A DNA stretch of 64,000 bases from an uncultured Collinsella sp. (GCA_900544935.1 UQXB01000002.1:4110-68109), one strand, 5' to 3'. Shown: positions 38,578 to 49,046, counted from the first letter of the stretch. The notes: generated by a model not told the origin, from the letters alone. Numbers and translations: made by a program.

Positions 38578-39006
38578 CTAGACGATGTGGAGGGGGTTGG
38601 CGGCGTCGACGGCGTCGGGGACGTCGGAAGGGCCGTCAGGAGCAGCGTCTGCCGGATCCTCTTCGGGGGTCTCGATCTGCTTGATCATAACCTCTTGGCC
38701 CTGGAGCAGATAGGTATCGCCGCCACCGCAATGGGGACAGGTCTTGCCGTGCTCGACCGTCGCGTAGTCGCAGCCGCACGCCTCGCAATGCGTCACGGCC
38801 TCGACGGGCTCCACAATAAGCTCCGCGCCCTGCGTGATAGGCTTTTTATCCGCCGCCCAGCGCCAAGCGTCGAGCAGCAAGTCGGGAACGACGCCCGAGA
38901 CCTCGCCCAGCAGCAACGTCACGCTCGAAACGCGACGCACACCATTGGCGCGCGCCACGTTCTCGACATCGCGAATGATGTGATAGACGATTCCGAGCTC
39001 GTGCAC
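38578..39006 (-). CDS. hypA: HypA/HybF-like hydrogenase nickel-incorporation protein with acidic C-terminal tail
   Basis: MHELGIVYHIIRDVE… N-terminus. CEACGCDY…CPHCGG zinc-binding CxxC-n-CxxC. Confidence 0.6.
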   Translation of the reverse strand: MHELGIVYHIIRDVENVARANGVRRVSSVTLLLGEVSGVVPDLLLDAWRWAADKKPITQGAELIVEPVEAVTHCEACGCDYATVEHGKTCPHCGGGDTYLLQGQEVMIKQIETPEEDPADAAPDGPSDVPDAVDAANPLHIV

Positions 39007-39200
39007 TTTTAATTCCTTCCGCCGTTCTAACGAACGGCGGTCGGTTTGACGCTGCGCGGGTCCCAGACGGGCGATCTGCCTTTCAATCGTCGGGCATGGG
39101 CAAAAGCCCTATGCCCTCCTCTTTCAAGGCACCTCGCCACGCCTGGGACTCGCTCGCTGTCCAACCGCTCTCTGCGCCGTTCTCCTGCTTGTTGCGTTTC

Positions 39201-41978
39201 TTACTTCTTCCCGAATTTAATCTTGATGGCGCGCTTGAGCGCGTACTTGCCCAGGCTTGGAAGCTTTTGCTCGTATTTGACCATCGTGGAGCACTCGGGG
39301 CGGTCGCGATCCAGATGGATGGCGTCGAACGCGCACTTGGTGGTGCACAGGCCGCAGCCGATGCACTTGTTGGGGTCGACGATCGAGGCGCCGCAGCCCA
39401 GGCAGCGGGCGGTCTCGGCGCGCACCTGCTCCTCGGTAAAGGTCTCAACATACTCGCTAAACGGCGCAGCCTTCTCGCGTTCGCGGTCCACATGCGCAAC
39501 CTCGCGGCTCGCGTTGTCGTAGCTCTCGATCACGACATCGTCGCGGTCGAGCGCGGTGTAGCGGCGCTGGTTGCGGCCGATGGTGAGCGTGGAGCCCGGC
39601 TGCACAAAGCGATGGATGGACACGGCAGCCTCGTGGCCGGCGGCGATGGCATCGATGGCAAAGCTGGGGCCGGTGTAGACGTCGCCGCCCACAAAGATGT
39701 CGGGTTCGGCGGTCTGGTAAGTCTGGGGATCGGCCAGGGCGCCCTGGCCGCGGCCGAGCTCCACCTTGGAGCCAGCCAGCAGGTCGCCCCACACAATGGA
39801 CTGGCCAATCGACATGACGACACGGTCGGCATCGACACGGCGCAGATCGTTCTCGTCGTACTCGGGCGCAAAACGGCCCTCGTCGTCAAAGACACGCGTG
39901 CAGCGCTTGAAGGTGATGCCGCACACGCGACCGGCCTCGTCCAGGTGAATCTCCTTGGGGCCCCATCCGCAGCTGATGTGAGCGCCGTCCTCAACGGCCT
40001 CGCGACGCTCCTCCTCGCTGGCGGGCATCTGCGCCTCGCTCTCCAGGCAGAACATCTCAACGTGCTCGGAACCCAGACGGCAGGCGTTGCGGGCAACGTC
40101 GATGGCCACGTTGCCGCCGCCCACCACAATGGTGCGGCCGGACAGGGAATCGATCTTGCCGCTGTTAACCTCGCGAAGGAAGTCGACGGCCACGGTCACG
40201 TCCTCGGCACCCTCGCCCGGAATGCCCGCAAGGCGGCCGCCCTGGCAGCCAATGGCAACGTAGAAGGCCTTAAAGCCCTGCGCGCGCAGCTCGTCGAGCG
40301 TCACATCGCGACCGACCTCCACGCCATAGCGGAACTCGGCACCCATCAGGCGAATAACTTCGACCTCGGCCTCGATAACGTCCTTCTCCAGCTTAAAGCT
40401 GGGAATGCCATAGGTGAGCATGCCGCCCGGGCGCTCGTTCTTCTCGAACACGACGGGCTTGTAGCCCTTCTCGGCCAGATAGAAGGCACAGGACAGACCG
40501 GCCGGGCCGGCACCGATGATGGCGATCTTCTGATCGAAGCCGCCGGCGCGCGTCGGCGTCACCACGGGTGGGACATAGCGGGTCGCGGCATCAAGATCGC
40601 GCTGGGCGATAAACTTCTTGACCTCGTCGATAGCCACGGCGGCGTCCACACGGCCACGGGTGCAGGCATCCTCACAGCGGCGGTTGCACACACGGCCGCA
40701 GATAGCGGGCAGCGGGTTCTCGCGCTTAATGAGTGCTAGGGCCTCGTCATAGCGGCCCTGCGCCGCGAGCTTTAAGTAGCCCTGGACGGCAACGTGCGCG
40801 GGGCAAGCCGTCTTGCAGGGCGCGGTGCCGGACTCGTGCGTCTCGATACGGTTATCGTTGCGGTAGTTGGGCGACCACTTGGTGTGGTCCCACTTGGTGG
40901 CATCGGGCAGCTCCTGGCGCGGATACTCGGGCACCTGTCCGCCGGCCTTTTTGCTGCAGAGCTTCTGGCCGAGCTTGGCGGCACCGGCCGGGCACACCTC
41001 AACGCAGCGACCGCAGGCCACGCACTTGTCCTTCTCGACCTTGGCGACATAGGCCGAGCGCGACAGGTTGGGCGTGTTGAACAGCTGCGAGGTGCGCAGG
41101 GCATAGCACACGTTGACGTTGCAGTTGCAGATGGCGAAGATCTTGTTCTCGCCGTCGATATTGGTGATCTGGTGCACAAAGCCGTTGTCCTCGGCCTGGC
41201 GCAGGATGTCGTAAACCTCGTCGCGGGTCACGTAATGGCCACGATCGGTTTCGACCACGTAGTCGGCCATATCACCCACGGCGATACACCAATCGGCCGG
41301 GTCGTCGGCGCAGCCCTCACCCATCACGCGACGGCTCGCGCGGCAGCTGCAGGTGCTAGCGGCATATTTGCCATCGTATTTGTCGAGCCAATGCTCGATA
41401 TGCTCGATCGGCACCGAGGTGCTCGAAGCATCGATAGCCTTCTCGACCGGAATGACATGCATGCCGATACCGGCGCCTCCGGGCGGCACCATCGGCGTGG
41501 CCTTGGACAGCGGTCCCTTGGACGCCTGCTCAAAGAACTTGGCATAGACCGGGTGCTCCTCGAGCTGGCTCACGCGCATGTTGAGGAACTCAGCGGAACC
41601 CGGCACCAGCATGGGAAGCACCCACTGCTTGGCGCGCTCGGGGTTTTCCCAGTTGTACTCGAGCAGACCCGTGTAGCTCATGTCGTCGAGCATCTTCTCG
41701 ATATCGGCCTCGGGCATGCCGGTGAGCTTGGCCATCTCGGGCAGCGTATAGGGACGGCGCATCTTCATCTTGCAGAGCACTTCGGCCTGCTCGTCGGTCG
41801 CGGCCTCGGCAAACGACCAGTACTCGTAGCCCAACAGCTCGTCGCGATGCAGCAGACGGTTGGTGCAGTGCTCGCACAGCTTGACGATGGCCTCGCGCGG
41901 ATGCTCCGGCAGCGGCGGCACGAACTCCGAACCGATGTCGGGCTCGGTGTAGCTAATCCCCGGTCCGTTGAGAATCAT
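39201..41978 (-). CDS. 925-aa multidomain oxidoreductase: N-terminal Cys-rich domain + GltD-like NAD(P)H/FAD pyridine-nucleotide-disulfide oxidoreductase + C-terminal 2x[4Fe-4S] ferredoxin
   Basis: CVACGRCVEVCPAG and CIGCGLCTTKCAFDAI ferredoxin motifs. IAIIGAGPAGLSCAFYL and TIVVGGGNVAID Rossmann dinucleotide motifs. ATG at 41978 with AAGGGA upstream. Confidence 0.7.
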   Translation of the reverse strand: MILNGPGISYTEPDIGSEFVPPLPEHPREAIVKLCEHCTNRLLHRDELLGYEYWSFAEAATDEQAEVLCKMKMRRPYTLPEMAKLTGMPEADIEKMLDDMSYTGLLEYNWENPERAKQWVLPMLVPGSAEFLNMRVSQLEEHPVYAKFFEQASKGPLSKATPMVPPGGAGIGMHVIPVEKAIDASSTSVPIEHIEHWLDKYDGKYAASTCSCRASRRVMGEGCADDPADWCIAVGDMADYVVETDRGHYVTRDEVYDILRQAEDNGFVHQITNIDGENKIFAICNCNVNVCYALRTSQLFNTPNLSRSAYVAKVEKDKCVACGRCVEVCPAGAAKLGQKLCSKKAGGQVPEYPRQELPDATKWDHTKWSPNYRNDNRIETHESGTAPCKTACPAHVAVQGYLKLAAQGRYDEALALIKRENPLPAICGRVCNRRCEDACTRGRVDAAVAIDEVKKFIAQRDLDAATRYVPPVVTPTRAGGFDQKIAIIGAGPAGLSCAFYLAEKGYKPVVFEKNERPGGMLTYGIPSFKLEKDVIEAEVEVIRLMGAEFRYGVEVGRDVTLDELRAQGFKAFYVAIGCQGGRLAGIPGEGAEDVTVAVDFLREVNSGKIDSLSGRTIVVGGGNVAIDVARNACRLGSEHVEMFCLESEAQMPASEEERREAVEDGAHISCGWGPKEIHLDEAGRVCGITFKRCTRVFDDEGRFAPEYDENDLRRVDADRVVMSIGQSIVWGDLLAGSKVELGRGQGALADPQTYQTAEPDIFVGGDVYTGPSFAIDAIAAGHEAAVSIHRFVQPGSTLTIGRNQRRYTALDRDDVVIESYDNASREVAHVDREREKAAPFSEYVETFTEEQVRAETARCLGCGASIVDPNKCIGCGLCTTKCAFDAIHLDRDRPECSTMVKYEQKLPSLGKYALKRAIKIKFGKK

Positions 41979-42062
41979 GGTTGTCCCTTCTCTTGCCACA
42001 GCCCGACGAGGCCGCAGCGCCCCTCTTTTTTTGCAGGCCGGGCATGCCCCATGCCGTTCACC

Positions 42063-42113
42063 CGCCATTGTTGACATTGTGTCAAAAATAGTATTGACGA
42101 ACCGTCAACAATA
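42063..42113. promoter_or_regulatory. nested palindromes in the divergent promoter region (candidate TetR operators)
   Basis: ATTGTTGACATTGTGTCAA and TTGACGAACCGTCAACAAT. Outer arms ATTGTTGAC / GTCAACAAT. Confidence 0.4.
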
Positions 42114-42166
42114 TTCAAGACTGTTAGGCGAACGGTCAGGCAAAAGAGGATGAAAGGCGGCAAAAC

Positions 42167-42829
42167 ATGGGCAACAACACAGCAGGTACCTCTGTGGTCG
42201 ATGCCGTCCCCGCATCCGATAGCGCGGCAAAGCGCCTGACGGGCGACGAACGCCGTCGCGAGATCCTCGATGCCGTGCGCACCGTAAGCTCCGAGCTGGG
42301 CGTGTCCCACCTATCGGTATCGGCCGTGACCAAGCGAGCCGGCTGCACGCGTTCATTGTTCTACCATTACTTCGCCGACATGGACGCCGCCGTCACCGCC
42401 GTTATGGACGAGGCGATCGACGGCTTTATCTCCGAACTCGAGCGGTGGAACGCCGACCGCACCGTCGGTGATATCGAGGGCGCGCTCGACACCGTCGCCC
42501 CGCTCTTTAAGCGCCTGGTCGCCAGCGGCCACGAGCTGCCGAGCACGCTTACCTCGAGCAGCGGCGCGCTCTACGGCGGCTTTTTGCACAACGTGGTCCA
42601 GCGCGTGGCGCAGTATATCTGCGACACCACCGTAGTGGATTTTGTCGCCCATCATGAGCTACGCATCGACCATGTCTACGAGACGTTCTACACCCTCATC
42701 ATGGGTCTTTTGATGTATATCCGCACGCACCCCGATGTGCCCGACGAAACGGTCAAGGAAATCATCGCCTCGACACTCCACATCGAGGGCTATACCGCCA
42801 AGTATCCGGAGCGCAAGCCCCAGAACTGA
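42167..42829 (+). CDS. TetR/AcrR-family transcriptional regulator
   Basis: N-terminal TetR HTH (RREILDAVRTVSSELGVSHLSVSAVTKRAGCTRSLFYHYF). Confidence 0.8.
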   Translation: MGNNTAGTSVVDAVPASDSAAKRLTGDERRREILDAVRTVSSELGVSHLSVSAVTKRAGCTRSLFYHYFADMDAAVTAVMDEAIDGFISELERWNADRTVGDIEGALDTVAPLFKRLVASGHELPSTLTSSSGALYGGFLHNVVQRVAQYICDTTVVDFVAHHELRIDHVYETFYTLIMGLLMYIRTHPDVPDETVKEIIASTLHIEGYTAKYPERKPQN

Positions 42830-42892
42830 CGACATCTGGCCAAACTGCCCGCGATCAGAAGAGGGGCCGCGGGCGTGTGAAAGGAGAGCAGC

Positions 42893-43900
42893 ATGCTGTT
42901 CGATGTTTGGGGTAGCGATACCCTTATCCACTGGGCCGGCTGGGCCATGGTCTTTATCGGCCTGATCGTGCTCAACGAGGTCGGCCGCCGCACCAAGCTG
43001 GGCGCAGTAATCATCTTTGGCGTGGCTCCGCTGGCCATGACCATCTACTGCGTCGCCATCGCCGTGGGCGTCTCGCAGGGTGCCGAGTGGGCGCTCACCA
43101 ACCCCACCCATGTGTACCAGAACAGCTGGTTCCACTACGCCAAGGTATACGCGGCGCTGGCCGGCTGCTGGGGCTTCATTGCCATTAAGTACCAGTGGGG
43201 CAAGATCGGCAAGGCACATTGGTTCCGCGCATGGCCGTTTGTGATCGTCGCCATCAACATCATGATTGCCGTCGTATCCGACTTCGAGAGCGCCTATCAC
43301 TTCTTTGTCCTGGGCGAGTCCACCTGGGTCACCTCCGAAGGTGCTACGCAGCTGGCCGGCTGGAACAACGTGTTCAACGGCATCGCCGGTATTATCAACA
43401 TCTTCTGCATGACCGGTTGGTGGAGCGTCTACGCCTCCGAGGATCAGACCGACATGCTGTGGCCCGATATGACCTGGGTCTACATCATCGCCTACGATAT
43501 CTGGAACTTCTGCTACACCTACAACTGCCTGCCCACCCACTCCTGGTTCTGCGGCTTTGCGCTGCTGCTGGCGCCCACCGTCGCCGCCTTTATCTGGAAC
43601 AAGGGCGGCTGGATCCAGAACCGCGCCTTTACGCTGGCTATTTGGTGCATGTTTGCCCAGGTGTTCCCGTACTTCCAGGAGGAGTCCATCTTTGTGACCC
43701 ACTCCACGCTCGACCCCGGCGCCGCTACCGCGGTCTCGGTCGCTGCGCTGATCGCCAACGTCGCCGCAATCATCTACATCGCCTACCGTGCCAAAAAGCT
43801 CAGCCGCAACCCCTACAAGCAGGATGTCTTTGAGGGCACCAGCGATTGGGAGAAGGCCACCGCTCGCCGCGCCAAGGTTGATTACGCGCACGCCGAGTAA
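42893..43900 (+). CDS. Trp-rich polytopic integral membrane protein, hypothetical
   Basis: AAGGAG RBS. About 9 hydrophobic helices. No recognisable catalytic motif. Confidence 0.6.
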   Translation: MLFDVWGSDTLIHWAGWAMVFIGLIVLNEVGRRTKLGAVIIFGVAPLAMTIYCVAIAVGVSQGAEWALTNPTHVYQNSWFHYAKVYAALAGCWGFIAIKYQWGKIGKAHWFRAWPFVIVAINIMIAVVSDFESAYHFFVLGESTWVTSEGATQLAGWNNVFNGIAGIINIFCMTGWWSVYASEDQTDMLWPDMTWVYIIAYDIWNFCYTYNCLPTHSWFCGFALLLAPTVAAFIWNKGGWIQNRAFTLAIWCMFAQVFPYFQEESIFVTHSTLDPGAATAVSVAALIANVAAIIYIAYRAKKLSRNPYKQDVFEGTSDWEKATARRAKVDYAHAE

Positions 43901-43967
43901 CGTGCTGGTCGTTGTTGGCACTTGGGCATAGGCCCGCCTGCCAGATTTTCAATCCGATGTCTCGCAG

Positions 43968-44008
43968 AGCCCCCGGAAAGCGTTTCGCTCGCTTTCCGGG
44001 GGCTTTTG
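43968..44008 (+). terminator. rho-independent terminator
   Basis: AGCCCCCGGAAAGCG-tttcgct-CGCTTTCCGGGGGCT followed by TTTT. Confidence 0.65.
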
Positions 44009-44135
44009 TCGTTGCGTCTTATTCATCTATTCAAAAACGTGCGCATATATAAAATCGGATTTCAAATCATGCGGCGGCTCTATGGGGTCCCGTTTTTGGG
44101 TACAGTGTTGTCCCGATATTGAGCTTGGGGGATAT

Positions 44136-45632
44136 ATGAAAGATGAAACGATGGGCCAAGAGGATGTGGCCCAAGATGCAGAAGCGTGTGCCGAAGCCCT
44201 GGAGAGCCTAGACCGGATTTCACTTGATGAGATTGCGTTTGACGATTCGGGCGTTGATGTGCAGGATGAGTCGGAAGCCGAGGCGCAGTCCGATGATCAG
44301 GATGCAGACGACGTTGAACCTGCCGAAGATGAGGCAGATCACGAAGACACCGAATGCGAGGCCAACGACCAGCCCGAATCCGACACGAGCGAGGAAACCA
44401 TCTTGCTCGACAGCTTGCCGGCCGAAGATTCGCTGACCCGCGAGCTTCCCGGCCTGGGCTCTGCGCCTGCCGTGGACGAGACCATCGCCATGGGCGATAT
44501 CCCCCTACCGTCCGTTCCCTCAGCACGCGAGGCCGAGGTTCGCCATCGCAAGATGTCGCCCAAGCGCCGCAATCTGATGGTCGCCGGTGTCGTGGCCGTC
44601 GCGCTCGTCGCCGGCGGCGCAGGCTATGCCGCCTGGAACGGATATCAGCAAGAGCAGGCTGCCGCTGTCGCCGCCAATGCCCACACGATGATGTCAGTGC
44701 AGATTGGCGTGCATGCCGCGGGCCTCGACTGTTCTACCGGCTCCAAGATTCCCGTACAGGTGAGCGGCCAGGACGCTGATGGCTCCTCCGTGAGCGAAAC
44801 GCTCTATGTTGACGAGCACGGTCGCGGCATTAAGCTGCTGCCCGGCGATTACACGTTCTCCATCGCCGCCTCCCCCATCGCGGCCGACGGCACCATCTAC
44901 ACCATCCCGACCACCAAGGCCCAGGTTACGGTCAAGAATGACGGGCAGGATCTGCGCGCTCAAGCCACCTTTAAGCTTAAGGTGCCCTCAGCCGACACGG
45001 TGACCGACGACCAGATCGATGCCGCCGCCAAGTACGCCGAAGAAGGCGGCGCGAGCTCTGCCGCCGCGGCAAAGATACTCCAGCGGGCGGCAATTACGCG
45101 CCGCGATGCCGCCGCCAACGCCGTAAGCGCAAGCGAGGCTCAGTCCGCCCGCGATGCCGACGCTCGGCACAAGGCGACGAACCTGTATCAGCTCGATATT
45201 CCGGTTGAGTGGTATGGCAAGGTCGCAACCTGGCAGAACGGCAACACGCTGTGCATTTATCTGGACGGCGACACCAACACACCGCTCGTGACGCTCGTCG
45301 CGGTGCGCGATGGCGAGACCTTTACGCCCGACGACGGCGATACGGTTTTGGGCACGGTCAGCCTAGGCAACGGCTACACCGTCTACGCCAGCGGCCCTGT
45401 CTATCCGTACGTGATTCCGCAAACCGTTAATGGACACACGCAGAACCCCGTGTCGACCTACCCCATGGATACGGCGATTGAGCTTGTCGAGCTCACGACC
45501 GGCAACCGCTACACATACAGCCAGATCAAAAACGACCTGGTCGGTAAAGACGGCAAGGCAGACGCCGCGACCAAACTCGAGACCGACTACCTCGCCCAGA
45601 TTCTCCTGCCGAGCATCAAAGCCCAGGACTAG
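44136..45632 (+). CDS. hypothetical single-pass membrane protein with acidic cytoplasmic N-terminus and large extracytoplasmic domain
   Basis: N-terminus runs Asp/Glu-rich for 130 aa. TM LMVAGVVAVALVAGGAGYAAW. C-terminal about 330 aa are globular. Confidence 0.55.
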   Translation: MKDETMGQEDVAQDAEACAEALESLDRISLDEIAFDDSGVDVQDESEAEAQSDDQDADDVEPAEDEADHEDTECEANDQPESDTSEETILLDSLPAEDSLTRELPGLGSAPAVDETIAMGDIPLPSVPSAREAEVRHRKMSPKRRNLMVAGVVAVALVAGGAGYAAWNGYQQEQAAAVAANAHTMMSVQIGVHAAGLDCSTGSKIPVQVSGQDADGSSVSETLYVDEHGRGIKLLPGDYTFSIAASPIAADGTIYTIPTTKAQVTVKNDGQDLRAQATFKLKVPSADTVTDDQIDAAAKYAEEGGASSAAAAKILQRAAITRRDAAANAVSASEAQSARDADARHKATNLYQLDIPVEWYGKVATWQNGNTLCIYLDGDTNTPLVTLVAVRDGETFTPDDGDTVLGTVSLGNGYTVYASGPVYPYVIPQTVNGHTQNPVSTYPMDTAIELVELTTGNRYTYSQIKNDLVGKDGKADAATKLETDYLAQILLPSIKAQD

Positions 45633-45672
45633 TCGGCCCGAAGACAGCCGCCCAACACCCCATCCCTAACGC

Positions 45673-45740
45673 AGTTGCGGTGAAATAGGGACTGTTTTTG
45701 CTGGTCAAACCGCAAAACAGTCCCTATTTCACCGCAACTT
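45673..45740. repeat. intergenic long palindrome family, copy 3 (near-perfect 68-nt hairpin)
   Basis: AGTTGCGGTGAAATAGGGACTGTTTTTGC…GCAAAACAGTCCCTATTTCACCGCAACT. Confidence 0.5.
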
Positions 45741-45763
45741 ATTCGTGGCCTTTTGGGTGGCAC

Positions 45764-45967
45764 TCAGCGCCAGGGGTCGGCTTCGAACAGCGGCTCGCGC
45801 TCGGGGCGGCGATCGCTGTAGGGATCGTAGCCGTCATCGTCCTCGTTCTCGGCGCGGATGTAGGGGTCGCGGGGCTTGGGCGCGGGTTTGGGAGAAGCCT
45901 TCGGTGCGACCGGTGCGACGGGCGCCGCCTCAGCCGCCGGTGCGTTCGTCTTGTTCTCGTCTTTCAT
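45764..45967 (-). CDS. small Ala/Pro-rich hypothetical protein (67 aa)
   Basis: AAGGAG 8 nt upstream of ATG. MKDENKTNAPAAEAAPVAPVAPKASPKPAPKPRDPYIRAENEDDDGYDPYSDRRPEREPLFEADPWR. Confidence 0.35.
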   Translation of the reverse strand: MKDENKTNAPAAEAAPVAPVAPKASPKPAPKPRDPYIRAENEDDDGYDPYSDRRPEREPLFEADPWR

Positions 45968-46099
45968 CTGCATAGCTCCTTGCCATGTGCTCATGTTCAA
46001 CACCATCGATTGTCGCACGAAAAAGGGCGGCGAACCCAATTGGATCCGCCGCCCTTGGAGTTCGGCTCAAAAGGCAAATTTTGAGGCATGACTCAAAAT

Positions 46100-48727
46100 C
46101 TACTGAGCGTCGGGAACCTCGTAGGTGGCCGCCGGCGTATTGTCGCACACGACGGTAAAGCCGCCGTCCTTGTCGACATCGACCGTCACCTGATCGCCCT
46201 CGCGCACCGTGCCGTCGATAATAGCGGCGGCGATGGCGTCCACGACCTCGCGCTGAACCAGACGCTTGAGCGGACGGGCGCCAAAGACCGGGTCCAGGCC
46301 GCCCACGGCGAGCATCTGCTTGGCCGCCGGGGTGATGGCAAGCGTCATGCGCTCCTTGGCCAGGCGTGCGCGGACGTCGGCAAGCTGGATGTCGACGATC
46401 TTCTCGATCTGCGCCATGCCGAGCGGATGGAACACCACGATATCGTCGATACGGTTGAGGAACTCGGGACGGAAGGTCTGAGCCATGGCCGCGTTGACCT
46501 GATGGCGCATCTCCTCCTCGTCCTTGCCCGAAAGCTCGGCGATAGCCTTGGAGCCCACGTTAGACGTCATGATGATAATCGTGTTCTTAAAGGACACTTG
46601 GCGACCCTGACCGTCGGTCAAACGGCCGTCGTCGAGCACCTGCAGCAGCACGTTAAAGACATCCGGATGGGCCTTCTCCATCTCGTCGAGCAAGATCACG
46701 GAGTAGGGGCGACGGCGTACGGCCTCGGTGAGCTGGCCGCCCTCGTCGTAGCCCACGTATCCCGGGGGCGCACCGATCAGACGCTGGACGCTGAACTTCT
46801 CCATGTACTCGGACATGTCGATACGCACGAGCGCGCGCTCGTCGTCGAACAGGCACTCGGCAAGCGCCTTGGCGAGCTCGGTCTTACCCACGCCGGTGGG
46901 GCCCAGGAAGAAGAAGCTGCCGATGGGCTTGTCCGGATCGGAGAGGCCCGCACGGCTGCGGCGCACAGCTGCGGCAACGGCGGAGACGGCCTCGTCCTGG
47001 CCGATGACGCGCTTATGCAGCTCGCCCTCCAGGCCCTTCAGCTTGTCGAGCTCGCCCTGCATCATCTTGGATACGGGCACGCCGGTCCAGGCACTCACGA
47101 CCTCGGCGATCTCATCGGAGGTCACCTGTTCGTTGAGGCCCTCGCCGTCCTGCTGCTTTTGCGCCTCGAGCGCGGCCTCGGACTCCTGAATCTGCTGCTG
47201 CAGACCCGGGATCACGGAATAGCGCAGCTCGGACGCACGACCCAAATCGCCGTTGCGCGTCGCGCGCTCCTCTTCGCTCTTGGCCTCGTCGAGCTGCCCC
47301 TTGAGCTCCTGCACGTGGTCGATGGCGTTCTTCTGGTTGAGCCAGCCGGCCTTTTGCACGTTGAGCTTTTCTTGGACCTCGGCGATCTCCTGGCGCAGGG
47401 CCTCCAGACGCTCCTTGGAGGCGTCGTCGGTCTCCTTCATGAGCGCCTGTTCCTCGATCTGCAGCTGGGTGAGCTGACGCGTGGTGGCGTCAATCTCGAC
47501 CGGCATGCTGTCGAGCTCCATGCGCAGACGGCTTGCCGCCTCATCGACCAGGTCGATGGCCTTGTCGGGCAGGAAGCGGTCGGCGATATAGCGATCGGAG
47601 AGGTCGGCGGCGGCCACGAGCGCGCTATCGGTGATGTGCACGCCGTGGAAGATCTCGTACTTCTCCTTGAGGCCACGCAGGATCGAGATGGTGTCCTCGA
47701 CGGTAGGCTCGCTCACCATAACGGTCTGGAAACGACGCGCGAGCGCCGCGTCCTTCTCGATGTACTTGCGGTATTCGTCGAGCGTGGTCGCGCCGATCGC
47801 ATGCAGGTCGCCACGGGCGAGCGCCGGCTTGAGGATGTTACCGGCGTCCATGGAGCCCTCAGTGGCACCCGCGCCCACGATGGTGTGGAGCTCATCGATG
47901 AACAGGATGACCTTGCCCTCGGACTTCTGCACCTCCTTGAGCACGGCCTTCAAGCGGTCCTCGAACTCGCCGCGGTACTTGGCACCGGCGACCAGCGCGC
48001 TCATGTCAAGCTCGATGAGGTCGCGGTCACGCAGGGTGCTCGGAACGTCGCCGGCCACGATACGCTGGGCGATACCCTCGACGATGGCCGTCTTGCCGAC
48101 GCCCGGCTCGCCGATGAGCACGGGGTTGTTCTTGGTGCGACGGGACAGGACCTGGATGGTACGACGGATCTCGTCGGTACGGCCGATGACCGGGTCGAGC
48201 TTGCCGGCACGGGCAAGGTCGCAGATATTGCGGCCGTACTGCTCCAAGGCCTCAAACTGGGTCTTGTCCTCGGCAGACGTCACGCGGTCATCGCCGCGCA
48301 GCTCCTCGTAGACCTGCTCGATGCGCTCCTTGGTGACGCCTGCGTCGCGCAGAACGCGGCCCGCCTCGCCCTTGTCCTCGGCAAGTGCCATCAGCAGATG
48401 CTCGGTCACCACAAAGCTGTCGCCCATCTTGGTGGCCTTTTTCTCGGCCTTCTCGATGACGCGGACAAGCTCATTGGAAAGACCCATCTGCTGACCCTCG
48501 CCCGAAACCTTGGGCGCGTGGTCGATGGCATCCTGTGTGGAACGTGCGAGCTGAGCTGGGTCGGCACCGATGCGCTCGATAATCACGGAGATATTGCGCT
48601 CGCCGGCACCGAGCAGGGCAGACAGCAGGTGGATCGGCTCCACCGCGCCGGCCTGCGCATCGGCAGCCGTGCTCATGGCGGTCTGCAGCGCCTCGCGCGA
48701 CGTCATTGCTAGCTTATCGATTCTCAT
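46100..48727 (-). CDS. clpB: ATP-dependent chaperone ClpB
   Basis: Two AAA+ modules ([29 protein letters not shown]). Coiled-coil M-domain. N-terminal [15 protein letters not shown]. Confidence 0.92.
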   Translation of the reverse strand: MRIDKLAMTSREALQTAMSTAADAQAGAVEPIHLLSALLGAGERNISVIIERIGADPAQLARSTQDAIDHAPKVSGEGQQMGLSNELVRVIEKAEKKATKMGDSFVVTEHLLMALAEDKGEAGRVLRDAGVTKERIEQVYEELRGDDRVTSAEDKTQFEALEQYGRNICDLARAGKLDPVIGRTDEIRRTIQVLSRRTKNNPVLIGEPGVGKTAIVEGIAQRIVAGDVPSTLRDRDLIELDMSALVAGAKYRGEFEDRLKAVLKEVQKSEGKVILFIDELHTIVGAGATEGSMDAGNILKPALARGDLHAIGATTLDEYRKYIEKDAALARRFQTVMVSEPTVEDTISILRGLKEKYEIFHGVHITDSALVAAADLSDRYIADRFLPDKAIDLVDEAASRLRMELDSMPVEIDATTRQLTQLQIEEQALMKETDDASKERLEALRQEIAEVQEKLNVQKAGWLNQKNAIDHVQELKGQLDEAKSEEERATRNGDLGRASELRYSVIPGLQQQIQESEAALEAQKQQDGEGLNEQVTSDEIAEVVSAWTGVPVSKMMQGELDKLKGLEGELHKRVIGQDEAVSAVAAAVRRSRAGLSDPDKPIGSFFFLGPTGVGKTELAKALAECLFDDERALVRIDMSEYMEKFSVQRLIGAPPGYVGYDEGGQLTEAVRRRPYSVILLDEMEKAHPDVFNVLLQVLDDGRLTDGQGRQVSFKNTIIIMTSNVGSKAIAELSGKDEEEMRHQVNAAMAQTFRPEFLNRIDDIVVFHPLGMAQIEKIVDIQLADVRARLAKERMTLAITPAAKQMLAVGGLDPVFGARPLKRLVQREVVDAIAAAIIDGTVREGDQVTVDVDKDGGFTVVCDNTPAATYEVPDAQ

Positions 48728-48816
48728 GGAATCACCTCTCTTGGGGCGGCCGCCCTACGGGGCGGCTTCACGTTGTTCGAGAAGTATTGTTGCCAGCTTT
48801 GTACGATCTTATACAC

Positions 48817-48843
48817 AAATCTAAGTCTCTATATATAAGATTT
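48817..48843. promoter_or_regulatory. 27-nt inverted-repeat motif upstream of clpB, shared with dnaK
   Basis: AAATCTAAGTCTCTATATATAAGATTT at 90-116 nt upstream of the clpB ATG. The dnaK copy is AAATCTAAGTCAATTCATATAAGATTT. Confidence 0.45.
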
Positions 48844-48905
48844 TCTGAGTGATTGATGGATAGGGTACTGAGATGTCAGCCCGCCGCTGCCCAGGCGCAC
48901 TACCG

Positions 48906-49040
48906 TCTCGATCTGTAACATCTAGCAGCCATTTTTGATCCTAGATGTTACAGATCGAGAGAAAATGACCAGCGGCAACCGTTTGTCTCAATCTGTAACA
49001 TCTAATCGGCAAATTAGGGTCTAACTGTTACAGATCGAGA
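48906..49040. repeat. four copies of a 20-bp repeat (TCTCGATCTGTAACATCTAG) arranged as two convergent inverted pairs
   Basis: Copies at 48906-48925 (+), 48941-48960 (inverted), 48986-49005 (+), 49021-49040 (inverted). Confidence 0.5.
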
Positions 49041-49046
49041 CAAACC

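Noticed and set aside
39096-42074. Plus-strand ORFs 39096..40739 and 40794..42074 antisense to the 925-aa oxidoreductase
   Set aside because: Shadow ORFs. The minus strand carries ferredoxin and Rossmann motifs.
46088-48712. 874-aa plus ORF antisense to clpB
   Set aside because: clpB is unambiguous on the minus strand. The plus ORF is a GC-frame artefact.
48906-49040. Possible CRISPR array
   Set aside because: Only four 20-bp repeats. They are arranged as inverted pairs rather than direct repeats with unique spacers, and no cas genes are nearby.
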